A DNA stretch of 64,000 bases from a virus. Taxonomy: Duplodnaviria > Caudoviricetes. The stretch spans positions 1 through 64,000 of IMG/VR virus record IMGVR_UViG_3300020037_001525; one strand, written 5' to 3'. Position numbers and translations under genes: made by a program. Positions 1 through 7,891 of this stretch are shown piece by piece. The notes below the pieces were generated by a model. It saw only the letters and a list, made by a program, of their open reading frames with translations. It searched no databases and was not told the DNA's origin. The number at the start of each line of letters is the position of its first letter. Position 1 is the first letter of the stretch.

Positions 1-1
1 T

Positions 2-160
2 AGTAATCCCATATAATTCTGTACAATCTTTGTAGGCATAGTATCCTGCAAAGTCTATTTGATTGAACGAAAAAATGACATAACCATCTATATACACTTT
101 TACTCTACCATTGTATATTTTAAAGTCGTACTTATGCTGTTTTGTTTTGTTGTTTTTCAT
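2..160 (-). CDS. hypothetical protein, partial (runs off the left edge)
   Basis: ATG at 160 after an A/C-rich leader (TTAAAAAACAAATAACC-ATG); frame stays open as MKNNKTKQHKYDFKIYNGRVKVYIDG... to the window end; not in the ORF track. Confidence 0.6.
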   Translation of the reverse strand, partial: MKNNKTKQHKYDFKIYNGRVKVYIDGYVIFSFNQIDFAGYYAYKDCTELYGIT

Positions 161-224
161 GGTTATTTGTTTTTTAACACATTATCTCGATTAGATACAA
201 ATTATTTGTATTTTATGTATTGGA

Positions 225-695
225 TTAGTATTCGATGTTTTCGTTCCAGCAGATGATTTGATAAGTACCCGCTTGCTTAAAGTCTTTAAACCATGCGATA
301 AAATCTTCTATTGACAACCCATCGTTTTTTGCAATATCTTGTAGAATTGTAGTCGCTTTAGCTTTGGGCATTTCGACTATTCCATATTCGTCAACGATTA
401 ACTCCCATACCTTTTTAATCTCAATATCTGGTGCAATGATGATTTGTTTTGAATTGTACGGTTTACCGCTCCATACTCTAGGACTGAATTTGTCACCTAC
501 CTTCCAATGGTTGCCTGCTCTGATGGTGTGGTGCTTCATGCCCTTAACAGTATCGTCAATATCTAAACCCAATGGATAATCCATTAGGTTATTTTTACTG
601 TAAAGCCCGTTGTAAATCTTCTCAACGAAGTTTGTCGGCTGTCCTTTCTTTGGATGGTATGCAGGAAATACCCTGCTAAATGTTAGTACTTTCAT
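225..695 (-). CDS. ASCH/PUA-like domain protein
   Basis: Motifs KHHTIR...WKVGD...W.G.P and IAKNDGLSIEDFIAWF are typical of ASCH domains; likely start is the ATG at 695 rather than the TTG at 731. Confidence 0.65.
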   Translation of the reverse strand: MKVLTFSRVFPAYHPKKGQPTNFVEKIYNGLYSKNNLMDYPLGLDIDDTVKGMKHHTIRAGNHWKVGDKFSPRVWSGKPYNSKQIIIAPDIEIKKVWELIVDEYGIVEMPKAKATTILQDIAKNDGLSIEDFIAWFKDFKQAGTYQIICWNENIEY

Positions 696-705
696 GGTGT
701 ATATT

Positions 706-939
706 TTAATTTGAATTATATTTAGTATCAATTTGTCGGTTAATAAAATCTAAGGCATATTTTATTGAAAAGTCAACACATTGGTCAATGGTGTAAAATT
801 TGCCACACCCTAAAAACATAAATGGGTAAATATTACCTATAAATAATTGATTTGTTTCTTTCATAAATAATGCTTCATTATATTTTAGCATTCTATTTTC
901 GTGTACGCTTACACCTGTTGAATTTAATAAATGATTCAT
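706..939 (-). CDS. hypothetical protein (77 aa)
   Basis: ATG ORF in the co-directional gene string with an A-rich leader. Confidence 0.6.
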   Translation of the reverse strand: MNHLLNSTGVSVHENRMLKYNEALFMKETNQLFIGNIYPFMFLGCGKFYTIDQCVDFSIKYALDFINRQIDTKYNSN

Positions 940-951
940 ATTATTTGTATT

Positions 952-1059
952 TTAATTGAGTGGTGGTTGGTGGGATACCTTCAATAGTAATACTAATCCC
1001 TGCGCATCATCTACAAACTGCCTTCGTCTCATTTCATTGTGAAACTCCTTACTACTCAT
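952..1059 (-). CDS. small hypothetical protein (35 aa)
   Basis: ATG overlaps the upstream stop (ATGAGTAG); fills the gap; MSSKEFHNEMRRRQFVDDAQGLVLLLKVSHQPPLN. Confidence 0.45.
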   Translation of the reverse strand: MSSKEFHNEMRRRQFVDDAQGLVLLLKVSHQPPLN

Positions 1060-1543
1060 CTCTACCCTCCTTTTCGATTAATACAAATCGTTTAACGAGT
1101 GATTGGGCTTCGTCCCATAAAATTATACTTCCTGCGTTTCTCGGCAACAATGTTTGTCTGTCATTTATTATATCCGCTTTTGGCTTTTCGCCTAGTTTAT
1201 TCCGCCATACAGCGCCAACAGAATCAAAGGCTGAGTGAAGTGCAGGCAACGCTTCCGAAAATCCAACGACTATTGACCGTTTCCCGTCTCCTTTTGTTTC
1301 TTTGCCACCGTTCACATAATCAACGTAATTTATCCAACCTTTAGGCTCTTCAAAACTTGGTAATATCCCCTTCGCTTGCTCCTCGGTAATGTTGGCAATG
1401 TTTGAGGAAATGAGGCGGTAATTGCCTTCAAGTACCTTAGTTACAATCGGTAATGAAATATGTATCTTTTTTGATACTTCTATCACTTTCGCATCCATCG
1501 GAACTTCGATTAAATAATTATTCGGTATTGGTAGTTTTATCAT
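1052..1543 (-). CDS. hypothetical protein (163 aa)
   Basis: ATG ORF in the co-directional gene string. Confidence 0.7.
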   Translation of the reverse strand: MIKLPIPNNYLIEVPMDAKVIEVSKKIHISLPIVTKVLEGNYRLISSNIANITEEQAKGILPSFEEPKGWINYVDYVNGGKETKGDGKRSIVVGFSEALPALHSAFDSVGAVWRNKLGEKPKADIINDRQTLLPRNAGSIILWDEAQSLVKRFVLIEKEGRDE

Positions 1544-1550
1544 ATTCTAT

Positions 1551-1646
1551 TTATTTAAAGTGTTTAAAATTGCTTTTATGCCGTTGGTGTAGGCGGTTAA
1601 GGTAAGGGCATCCAATGGGTAGGTGTATGGCAATTCCTATCGTCAT
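1551..1646 (-). CDS. possible small protein (31 aa)
   Basis: ATGA overlap with the upstream stop; fills the gap exactly; composition atypical. Confidence 0.3.
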   Translation of the reverse strand: MTIGIAIHLPIGCPYLNRLHQRHKSNFKHFK

Positions 1647-1882
1647 GGCTTCCATTCAAGGATGTGCTCTCCCTCCGAAATTTTACTACTCGTAATTCCG
1701 TTTATGCTTGTTTTGCCTAATTTGTAAGCCATAGCAACCATAGCTGAATTAATTAATGCTTTAGTAGTTTCCTCTGGTGTAGTTCCGTGAACAAACATCT
1801 TGTAATTTTTTGGACTGTCAATCCATGCCATGAAACCGCCAAGTCCGTTAGGTTCCATATAGGCTTTTAATACGATTTCCAT
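1643..1882 (-). CDS. HicB-like fold protein
   Basis: Pattern EPNGLGGFMAWIDSPKNYKMFVHGTTPEETTKALINS matches the HicB N-terminal consensus (ep..dGg..v.fp.....t.G.T.eEa..n). Confidence 0.5.
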   Translation of the reverse strand: MEIVLKAYMEPNGLGGFMAWIDSPKNYKMFVHGTTPEETTKALINSAMVAMAYKLGKTSINGITSSKISEGEHILEWKP

Positions 1883-1894
1883 TGTGTTTTATTT

Positions 1895-2140
1895 TTATTG
1901 ATTGTGATGATTTGTGTTAATTAATTTGGAGAAGCAATTAATTATTTGTAAAGTTCTGAACAAATATAGTATCGTTTCTTTGTTTTCTGTATATGCGAAA
2001 TGTCCATCACTTTTAATGTAGGCTTTCACCTCTACAACAAACCACTTATCAGCATATACATAAGTTACCTCACACCTTCTATTTTTCCACTTGCAAGATG
2101 CGGTTACTGCGTTTTTGTATGGTGTTATTGTTATTTCCAT
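1895..2140 (-). CDS. hypothetical protein (81 aa)
   Basis: ATG ORF in the gene string. Confidence 0.6.
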   Translation of the reverse strand: MEITITPYKNAVTASCKWKNRRCEVTYVYADKWFVVEVKAYIKSDGHFAYTENKETILYLFRTLQIINCFSKLINTNHHNQ

Positions 2141-2146
2141 AATTAT

Positions 2147-2536
2147 TTAGAAATCTATTTGAAACAATGTTGCTCCTTGTAATTCTCCTTGTGACTTCTT
2201 GACCTTCAAATGAATATTCTTACCAACAAGTTTCTCATACTTAATAGTCTTCACTATATGTGTTACAAGTTTAGTTGAATTGATAGTGTACGATGGTCGT
2301 TCTTTGTTCTTCCTTGAATCACATGTTAAGTTGAAGCCATTGCCATTCTTGGACTTATACATGTAAATCCTATCGCCTAATACATAGAACTCAATGCTAC
2401 ACCCTTTGTCTAAACCCATATCAATTGATAAATCAGGATTCAGTCTTATTCTCCTCAAATTTGATGAAATCATTATCTGTGGGTCTCCTGTATCAAACCT
2501 GTAGTTCTTGTCGATTATTATTCCACTGCCGTTCAT
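2147..2536 (-). CDS. hypothetical protein with AbrB/MazE-like segment
   Basis: RRIRLNPDLSIDMGLDKGCSIEFYVLGDRIYM resembles the swapped-hairpin DNA-binding motif. Confidence 0.45.
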   Translation of the reverse strand: MNGSGIIIDKNYRFDTGDPQIMISSNLRRIRLNPDLSIDMGLDKGCSIEFYVLGDRIYMYKSKNGNGFNLTCDSRKNKERPSYTINSTKLVTHIVKTIKYEKLVGKNIHLKVKKSQGELQGATLFQIDF

Positions 2537-2542
2537 ATTGTA

Positions 2543-2887
2543 TTATGATTTTATTTTTGCGAATGGAAATAATTTAAGGTCAACACCCTTTACGTTCAAA
2601 AGTGGTCTGTATAACGTGTCTGTGTTCTTGTCAGAACTTCTCCAAAGATACTTATTGTACATATTCTTACAATAGTAATTTATCAAGAAGAATATCAGAG
2701 TATTTCTATTGTGTCCTTTTATTGAACTATCAACGAATACAATTTCTTTACATAAAGATTTTATTTGTACATTCTTTTCTGTAATATCTATATCGAATAA
2801 CGTGAATTTTGTGTAAGCTAATGGCAAGATTTGTTCATATTTCTCATAAACATACGCTGTGCCGTCTTGTCTTATTTCTACTCTCAT
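2543..2887 (-). CDS. hypothetical protein (114 aa)
   Basis: ATG ORF in the gene string. Confidence 0.65.
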   Translation of the reverse strand: MRVEIRQDGTAYVYEKYEQILPLAYTKFTLFDIDITEKNVQIKSLCKEIVFVDSSIKGHNRNTLIFFLINYYCKNMYNKYLWRSSDKNTDTLYRPLLNVKGVDLKLFPFAKIKS

Positions 2888-2890
2888 TGT

Positions 2891-2911
2891 AGAGATAACT
2901 TTGTTATCTCT
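2891..2911. repeat. perfect 9-bp inverted repeat filling an intergenic gap
   Basis: AGAGATAAC-TTT-GTTATCTCT between the endolysin stop and the next ATG. Confidence 0.7.
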
Positions 2912-3588
2912 TAAACAATTGTTCTTGACAATTTACTGTAAGATTCTTTTCTTTCCTCAATTCCGTTCCAACCTCCATTGACCTTAAAAGATATACACAT
3001 AATTGGTTTATCTGTATAATTGTACCAACCAGTAGCTTTTTTGTATCTTTTGATTGTCACATTCTCATTGTCTGGTCTGCACAGAGTATTAAGGTCTTTA
3101 TTTGTCCAATATATCATCGCAGCAAGAGTCCCCCAAACTGGGTCTGCTAACAACTCTGGTCTCTTGAGTAAACCATCATTCACAAACAATGCTTTCTCTT
3201 CTGCTGTTAAAAATGGCAATTTAGATATCTCTCTTCCTGCTAACTTATAGTTTGCTCCACCTGTTGTTTGTATTGGACCACGTCCCTTGTATTTTCTGCC
3301 ATCTCCATCCCTTGCGGCAGTGTTGCCTAAATCAGTTCTTGTATCATACGCATCACCAGAAGCATATTCTTCGAAAGCATTGAATCTATCACTTTCTATA
3401 GATAATTGTGCTAAGAAATGTCTCAATTCCAATATTGTATCGATACCAAAATAATCAGCATACTTATTGTAAGTATAAACAAACCCAACGATATTGTTAT
3501 TCTTCTTTGTTCTCCCTATTTTTGGGTTAACTTGAGGAAATACTTCCCATAACATTTTTTCTGAAATCTGTATTTTAGCTTGGTGCAT
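2911..3588 (-). CDS. glycoside hydrolase family 19 endolysin
   Basis: HFLAQLSIES..F..FEEYASG.AY..R.DLGN...DG.KYKGRGPIQTTG..NY, the GH19 phage lysozyme signature. Confidence 0.9.
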   Translation of the reverse strand: MHQAKIQISEKMLWEVFPQVNPKIGRTKKNNNIVGFVYTYNKYADYFGIDTILELRHFLAQLSIESDRFNAFEEYASGDAYDTRTDLGNTAARDGDGRKYKGRGPIQTTGGANYKLAGREISKLPFLTAEEKALFVNDGLLKRPELLADPVWGTLAAMIYWTNKDLNTLCRPDNENVTIKRYKKATGWYNYTDKPIMCISFKVNGGWNGIEERKESYSKLSRTIV

Positions 3589-3610
3589 TTGTTATAAATT
3601 TGTTTCATCA

Positions 3611-3619
3611 TTATAACTG
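3611..3619 (-). promoter_or_regulatory. CAGNTATWA motif (candidate late promoter)
   Basis: CAGTTATAA 22 nt upstream of the endolysin ATG; recurs upstream of structural genes. Confidence 0.5.
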
Positions 3620-3684
3620 CACCATTCGACAAAGCTGCCAAGCTATACACATGATTTTGAGCAGCAGTGTAATTATCTTCCTGC

Positions 3685-4176
3685 CTACAGTTTTGATAAA
3701 GCTAATGTTTTTAATAATTTCGTTGATTTCTCAATGTTTGCTATTGATAATCCATAACTCCCAGGAATAGTGTGGTCAACGAGCAATTCATCCATATCAG
3801 AAACTCCTGCTCCACCTGTCGTAACAATCAATCCTCCTGAATTTCCGACAATCAAAGACACATTGTCAACAACTTTGACATCTTCTATATTGTGATTTGC
3901 TCCTACGCATTTTACTGTGTAAGAACCATCTTCGAAGTCAACAGTGTAACCATTTATAATCTCAATGCTTCTTGCATAAGTTACACCTGATAGAAGCACC
4001 TGCGCACTATGTCTGTGTGTAGCCTCAAAGACCATCCCTTCATCACTATCTTCAAGGTCTTTCAAATCAAGTCTGAATTGGTTGACATCTAATTCATAGA
4101 TGTCTCCACCTAAATTGGTTAAATAGGCTTGTGGTACTGTTATTATTCGTGTTGCCCAATCAATTGATATAGCCAT
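3685..4176 (-). CDS. putative virion structural protein (163 aa)
   Basis: Beta-rich (MAISIDWATRIITVPQ...); coupled to the upstream 1171-aa gene; in a structural-like cassette. Confidence 0.6.
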   Translation of the reverse strand: MAISIDWATRIITVPQAYLTNLGGDIYELDVNQFRLDLKDLEDSDEGMVFEATHRHSAQVLLSGVTYARSIEIINGYTVDFEDGSYTVKCVGANHNIEDVKVVDNVSLIVGNSGGLIVTTGGAGVSDMDELLVDHTIPGSYGLSIANIEKSTKLLKTLALSKL

Positions 4177-7100
4177 TATACGTCAGGTATTAAAAATACA
4201 GTTAAACTTAATCCATCTTTTGTAATTGTACCTACAATGGGTGATGTTTTGTAATAAGTAGCACTACTTGCTTTTCTGGCTCTCCCTGTTACAGCTTGAT
4301 TCACAGTGTAGGCATACTCTAAATTCTTGACCTGACCATTGACATCAGTCAAATTGTTGAAAATATCAACACCTCCAGAAACTGTTTCCAAGAACACTCT
4401 TGCGTTCTCAATTGGAAGTCCTGTGTTGATGTCTTTCACTGTTATTGTTAAAGGCACTGGGTCTAAAGAGTATTGATATGCTCTTGTGGTTTCTGTGGAG
4501 CCTGTGAAGAAATAAAGACTTGTTATAGCAGTTGCATTAGCAGTAATTGTAACAATTCTTACTTTTATTCTGACACCTGAAGAACCCACAACAGCCTCAT
4601 TTGGAAGCTGATTGAATCTTAAAGTACCTGATACGACACCAATATTAGCAATATTCACTACAATAGTCGTTCCATTTGTTATAGATGAGACCTTAGCATT
4701 TGGGGCAATATTGGTTCCCCAAACATAATCACCAACCCTCACTCCCTTTGTATCTGCCATTGTTACATTAGTGCTACCATTGGAACCACCCCCAGTTACA
4801 CGTGTATAATAAAGACTGTTAGACAATTCGATGCGCCCAGTTAAACAACTTGTTTCGTCAGCCATGTTACCATTAGGGTCATCTACTACCAATGTATCAT
4901 TCGCAACAGAATCTACTAAGAATTGTCCATTGTTAGAGGCATCATCGAATCCAGACATATACACAGTCTGTCCTGCAACAAACCCATCTGTTATGAACGA
5001 CCCACCATCGAGTCTTGTATAAGTTGCAGTCCCTAATTCAACATTCATTTCAATAACTCCACTATCCACGTACCCTGTTCCCAATCTGTCGAACGTGTAG
5101 AATATATCGTAATTAGCTATGGTACCACCTGCCATCACTGCTTCCGCAATTGGAAAAGATTCATGCCCTAAAAGCATGTAGGGACACTCAAATTTTATTC
5201 TATCACCTACAACAGCCATATATAGACCTCCTGCTGATGTAAACGCAGTACTTCCAGCTTCAATTTCATAAACATCTACAGTATCAACCGTTGCTTCATT
5301 CATTTGAATAGCCACTCTTCCAGTCATTGGCACAAATGTCAGAGTACCTGATGTGGCACCAGCATTTAAACAAGTGAAGCATATCACATTAGCTGGATTC
5401 GGTGGAGATGCACTGGCTACATTCTGAATAAGTGTTTTCTGACCTAAAATGATGGCTGCTGCATCGCTGGTGGTGATGACGTTTATGATGTCACCTATCT
5501 TTAACCCATGACCAGTACTTGTTATTCTTGCTTCTGTAGTGGTTCTTGCCCATGACACAGTAACAGTATTGGTTGGTATTGCTGTTGTAAAATAATCAAA
5601 CCAATGAGTTCCATAGCAAGCAGTCTGTGCTGTCAATGCAGGGCTAGAGCCTATCATCTTCATATATGTATTCAATTCAGGTACTAACTGAGCAGCCCAG
5701 TATGATGTGTATACTGATTCAAATACAATATTCTTTGAAGAATTATCTCCTGACAAAGGACCACCTCTTAAATTAGGTACATAACATCTTTGTACTTTCA
5801 CATCATCAGCTGCAGCACCTGCAGCCAGTACACATAAGAATCCAGCCACAGTTGGATAGTATGATAAGAACTGACCAGTAGTCTGCCCTGCATTGGTTAC
5901 AGTAACAGTGAAAGTATCAGCAGTTGGTGCTGCCAGAACTGTCCATAAAGTAGCAGTAGTAGTCGTATTGGCTTTTGGAGCCACATCAGAATTCTGAATA
6001 ACTGCTATTGTATCAGAAGCCTTCAATCCATGAGCTACTTTTGTTACTGTCATTGTAGTAGTAGAACGAGTCCAAGTAGCATTCACATACGCACCTCCCA
6101 TATTCAATGGAGATGCATAAGTGCCGATGTTACGTAATTTTGTGCCCGTGCAACCTGCGGATAAGATTGAGAGTATCCCTGAATATGGTTGCACCATTGT
6201 CAAACCTCCAAAAGTTAAGCCATCAAAAGTACACCTCACACATCCAGTTTGTATCTCAAAAGCATACATAGATATAGTAGAACTCGTTGTCAGTGCAGGA
6301 TGGTCATAATAAATGCTATCTATGAATGAAACATCTGTGCATGCGGTTAGGATGGCTCTTCCACCACCTAATACAGTATCAGTCCAGCTTGTATCAACTG
6401 TTCTGATTAAATTGTAAGAGCCTGCTGCAGCATTACTGGCTTTGGTGAAAGAAAAGCATCTCTCATTGGTGACAGTGAATCCTGCAACGTCTGTCATGTT
6501 AACAATATAACCACCACTTGCCTGCGCTGCCCTACTCCAAGTACACTTATCAAGAGTACCACCAGCGAAACATAAACTCATAGTAAGCGCAACATTTGCT
6601 AATGCAGCTTCTTGCCCAACATTAACATTATACCAAGTTATTGGTTGAGCAATCTCAGTAGCCACTATTCTACTCACCACTCCTATGTTGCTTAATGCAA
6701 TAGAGTATGGTTGGTTGATATTCATATACCAACTAATACTCGCTTTATCCATATCTAATACCCCACCTCCAGTTGTAGCAAACTCATATCTGGTTGCTAT
6801 TGTAGCATTTGGAAGTACATTTGCTGTTCTGGCTGCAGTGGTACAATTAGCTAAAAACACATTAGGTATTCTTATTCCAAGACCAGATATAGGCAAATAG
6901 CCACCTGTACTGTTAGTTCCATCATGGCCAAATCTTAATACACCTGCAGAAGATATCCAACATACTTTCCCCCTTACTGCATCTGTTGCAATATTGGCTA
7001 AAAGTGCAGACTGTGTACCAGCACAAGGATATGCTTCAAAAACACCACTTCCTACTGCTGTCTCGACTTCCACATAAGCATGATACTGTAACGTCCCACT

Positions 7101-7691
7101 TGAAGGTATTTGATAAGTGGTTGCCCGACTGCCACTTGTAGCACCTATAAGAAAGTAATCACCACGTATCTTGAAAGTGTTCAGTCTGTTTACTGTACAC
7201 AACGCAGATTCATCTGCTGCTATTTCCAGCCATCCAGGAGTTGATGTTGATGCAAGAGACATTGTAGCACCTATCCCTGTTAATGCACCTCCGCCAGTGT
7301 ACTCAACTGAGTTCCACTGTTTTATCTTGATGAATCCTGTTGCTGGCATTGCTGCTCCAGTAGCAGTAGAAGCTGCATTTAGTGCAGAATATACTCCTAT
7401 TAATTTTCCTGATGCACCACCAAGAGAAATGACTGTATTCCATGCAGGTACGTTACCAGTTCCAGTATCATAAGGTAACAATCTTACTAATGTAGAATTG
7501 ATTTCACATGTTCCACCTAATGTAGCTGATAAGGTCATTGCTCCTATAGAAGCACTTGTTGTTTGGTTTAAACCTACCCTACTATCTTGGTCAATTGTTA
7601 GATATCCTCCATTGATATTATAAGTGTCACCACCTGCTTTTGACGTAAGTGTATCTATATTGACTGGAGTTGTTATAGTAAAAGTTGCCAT
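4176..7691 (-). CDS. large tail-fibre/appendage-like protein with beta-helical core, inserted beta domains and C-terminal Ig-like domain
   Basis: 1171 aa, Thr/Ala/Gly-rich; two W.R.TT...T...HGLK..D.I repeats; C-terminal LTITVKD..TG.PIENARV...TD.NG.V (carboxypeptidase-regulatory/Ig-like). Confidence 0.6.
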   Translation of the reverse strand: MATFTITTPVNIDTLTSKAGGDTYNINGGYLTIDQDSRVGLNQTTSASIGAMTLSATLGGTCEINSTLVRLLPYDTGTGNVPAWNTVISLGGASGKLIGVYSALNAASTATGAAMPATGFIKIKQWNSVEYTGGGALTGIGATMSLASTSTPGWLEIAADESALCTVNRLNTFKIRGDYFLIGATSGSRATTYQIPSSGTLQYHAYVEVETAVGSGVFEAYPCAGTQSALLANIATDAVRGKVCWISSAGVLRFGHDGTNSTGGYLPISGLGIRIPNVFLANCTTAARTANVLPNATIATRYEFATTGGGVLDMDKASISWYMNINQPYSIALSNIGVVSRIVATEIAQPITWYNVNVGQEAALANVALTMSLCFAGGTLDKCTWSRAAQASGGYIVNMTDVAGFTVTNERCFSFTKASNAAAGSYNLIRTVDTSWTDTVLGGGRAILTACTDVSFIDSIYYDHPALTTSSTISMYAFEIQTGCVRCTFDGLTFGGLTMVQPYSGILSILSAGCTGTKLRNIGTYASPLNMGGAYVNATWTRSTTTMTVTKVAHGLKASDTIAVIQNSDVAPKANTTTTATLWTVLAAPTADTFTVTVTNAGQTTGQFLSYYPTVAGFLCVLAAGAAADDVKVQRCYVPNLRGGPLSGDNSSKNIVFESVYTSYWAAQLVPELNTYMKMIGSSPALTAQTACYGTHWFDYFTTAIPTNTVTVSWARTTTEARITSTGHGLKIGDIINVITTSDAAAIILGQKTLIQNVASASPPNPANVICFTCLNAGATSGTLTFVPMTGRVAIQMNEATVDTVDVYEIEAGSTAFTSAGGLYMAVVGDRIKFECPYMLLGHESFPIAEAVMAGGTIANYDIFYTFDRLGTGYVDSGVIEMNVELGTATYTRLDGGSFITDGFVAGQTVYMSGFDDASNNGQFLVDSVANDTLVVDDPNGNMADETSCLTGRIELSNSLYYTRVTGGGSNGSTNVTMADTKGVRVGDYVWGTNIAPNAKVSSITNGTTIVVNIANIGVVSGTLRFNQLPNEAVVGSSGVRIKVRIVTITANATAITSLYFFTGSTETTRAYQYSLDPVPLTITVKDINTGLPIENARVFLETVSGGVDIFNNLTDVNGQVKNLEYAYTVNQAVTGRARKASSATYYKTSPIVGTITKDGLSLTVFLIPDV

Positions 7692-7880
7692 TTATTCTAT
7701 TGCTTCGTAATTAATAATTAACTCATCCTGTTCTCCAACCTCTATCACTGCTCCATCCTCAATGAGTTGCGTAACTTCAGCATTCACCTCCCATTGATTT
7801 ATAACATTCGCCAATTCTTCCTCTGACAAGGTTGTATCTGTCGTTAAAAAGTGAGTCCCAAAATTATAGCAAATCGTCAT
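7692..7880 (-). CDS. small acidic protein (62 aa)
   Basis: ATG ORF abutting its neighbours in the cassette. Confidence 0.6.
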   Translation of the reverse strand: MTICYNFGTHFLTTDTTLSEEELANVINQWEVNAEVTQLIEDGAVIEVGEQDELIINYEAIE

Positions 7881-7891
7881 TGTTCCGAGTA

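Noticed and set aside
195-211. ATACAAA/TTTGTAT inverted repeat as a regulatory site
   Set aside because: Only 7 bp and AT-rich, so it is expected by chance in this composition.
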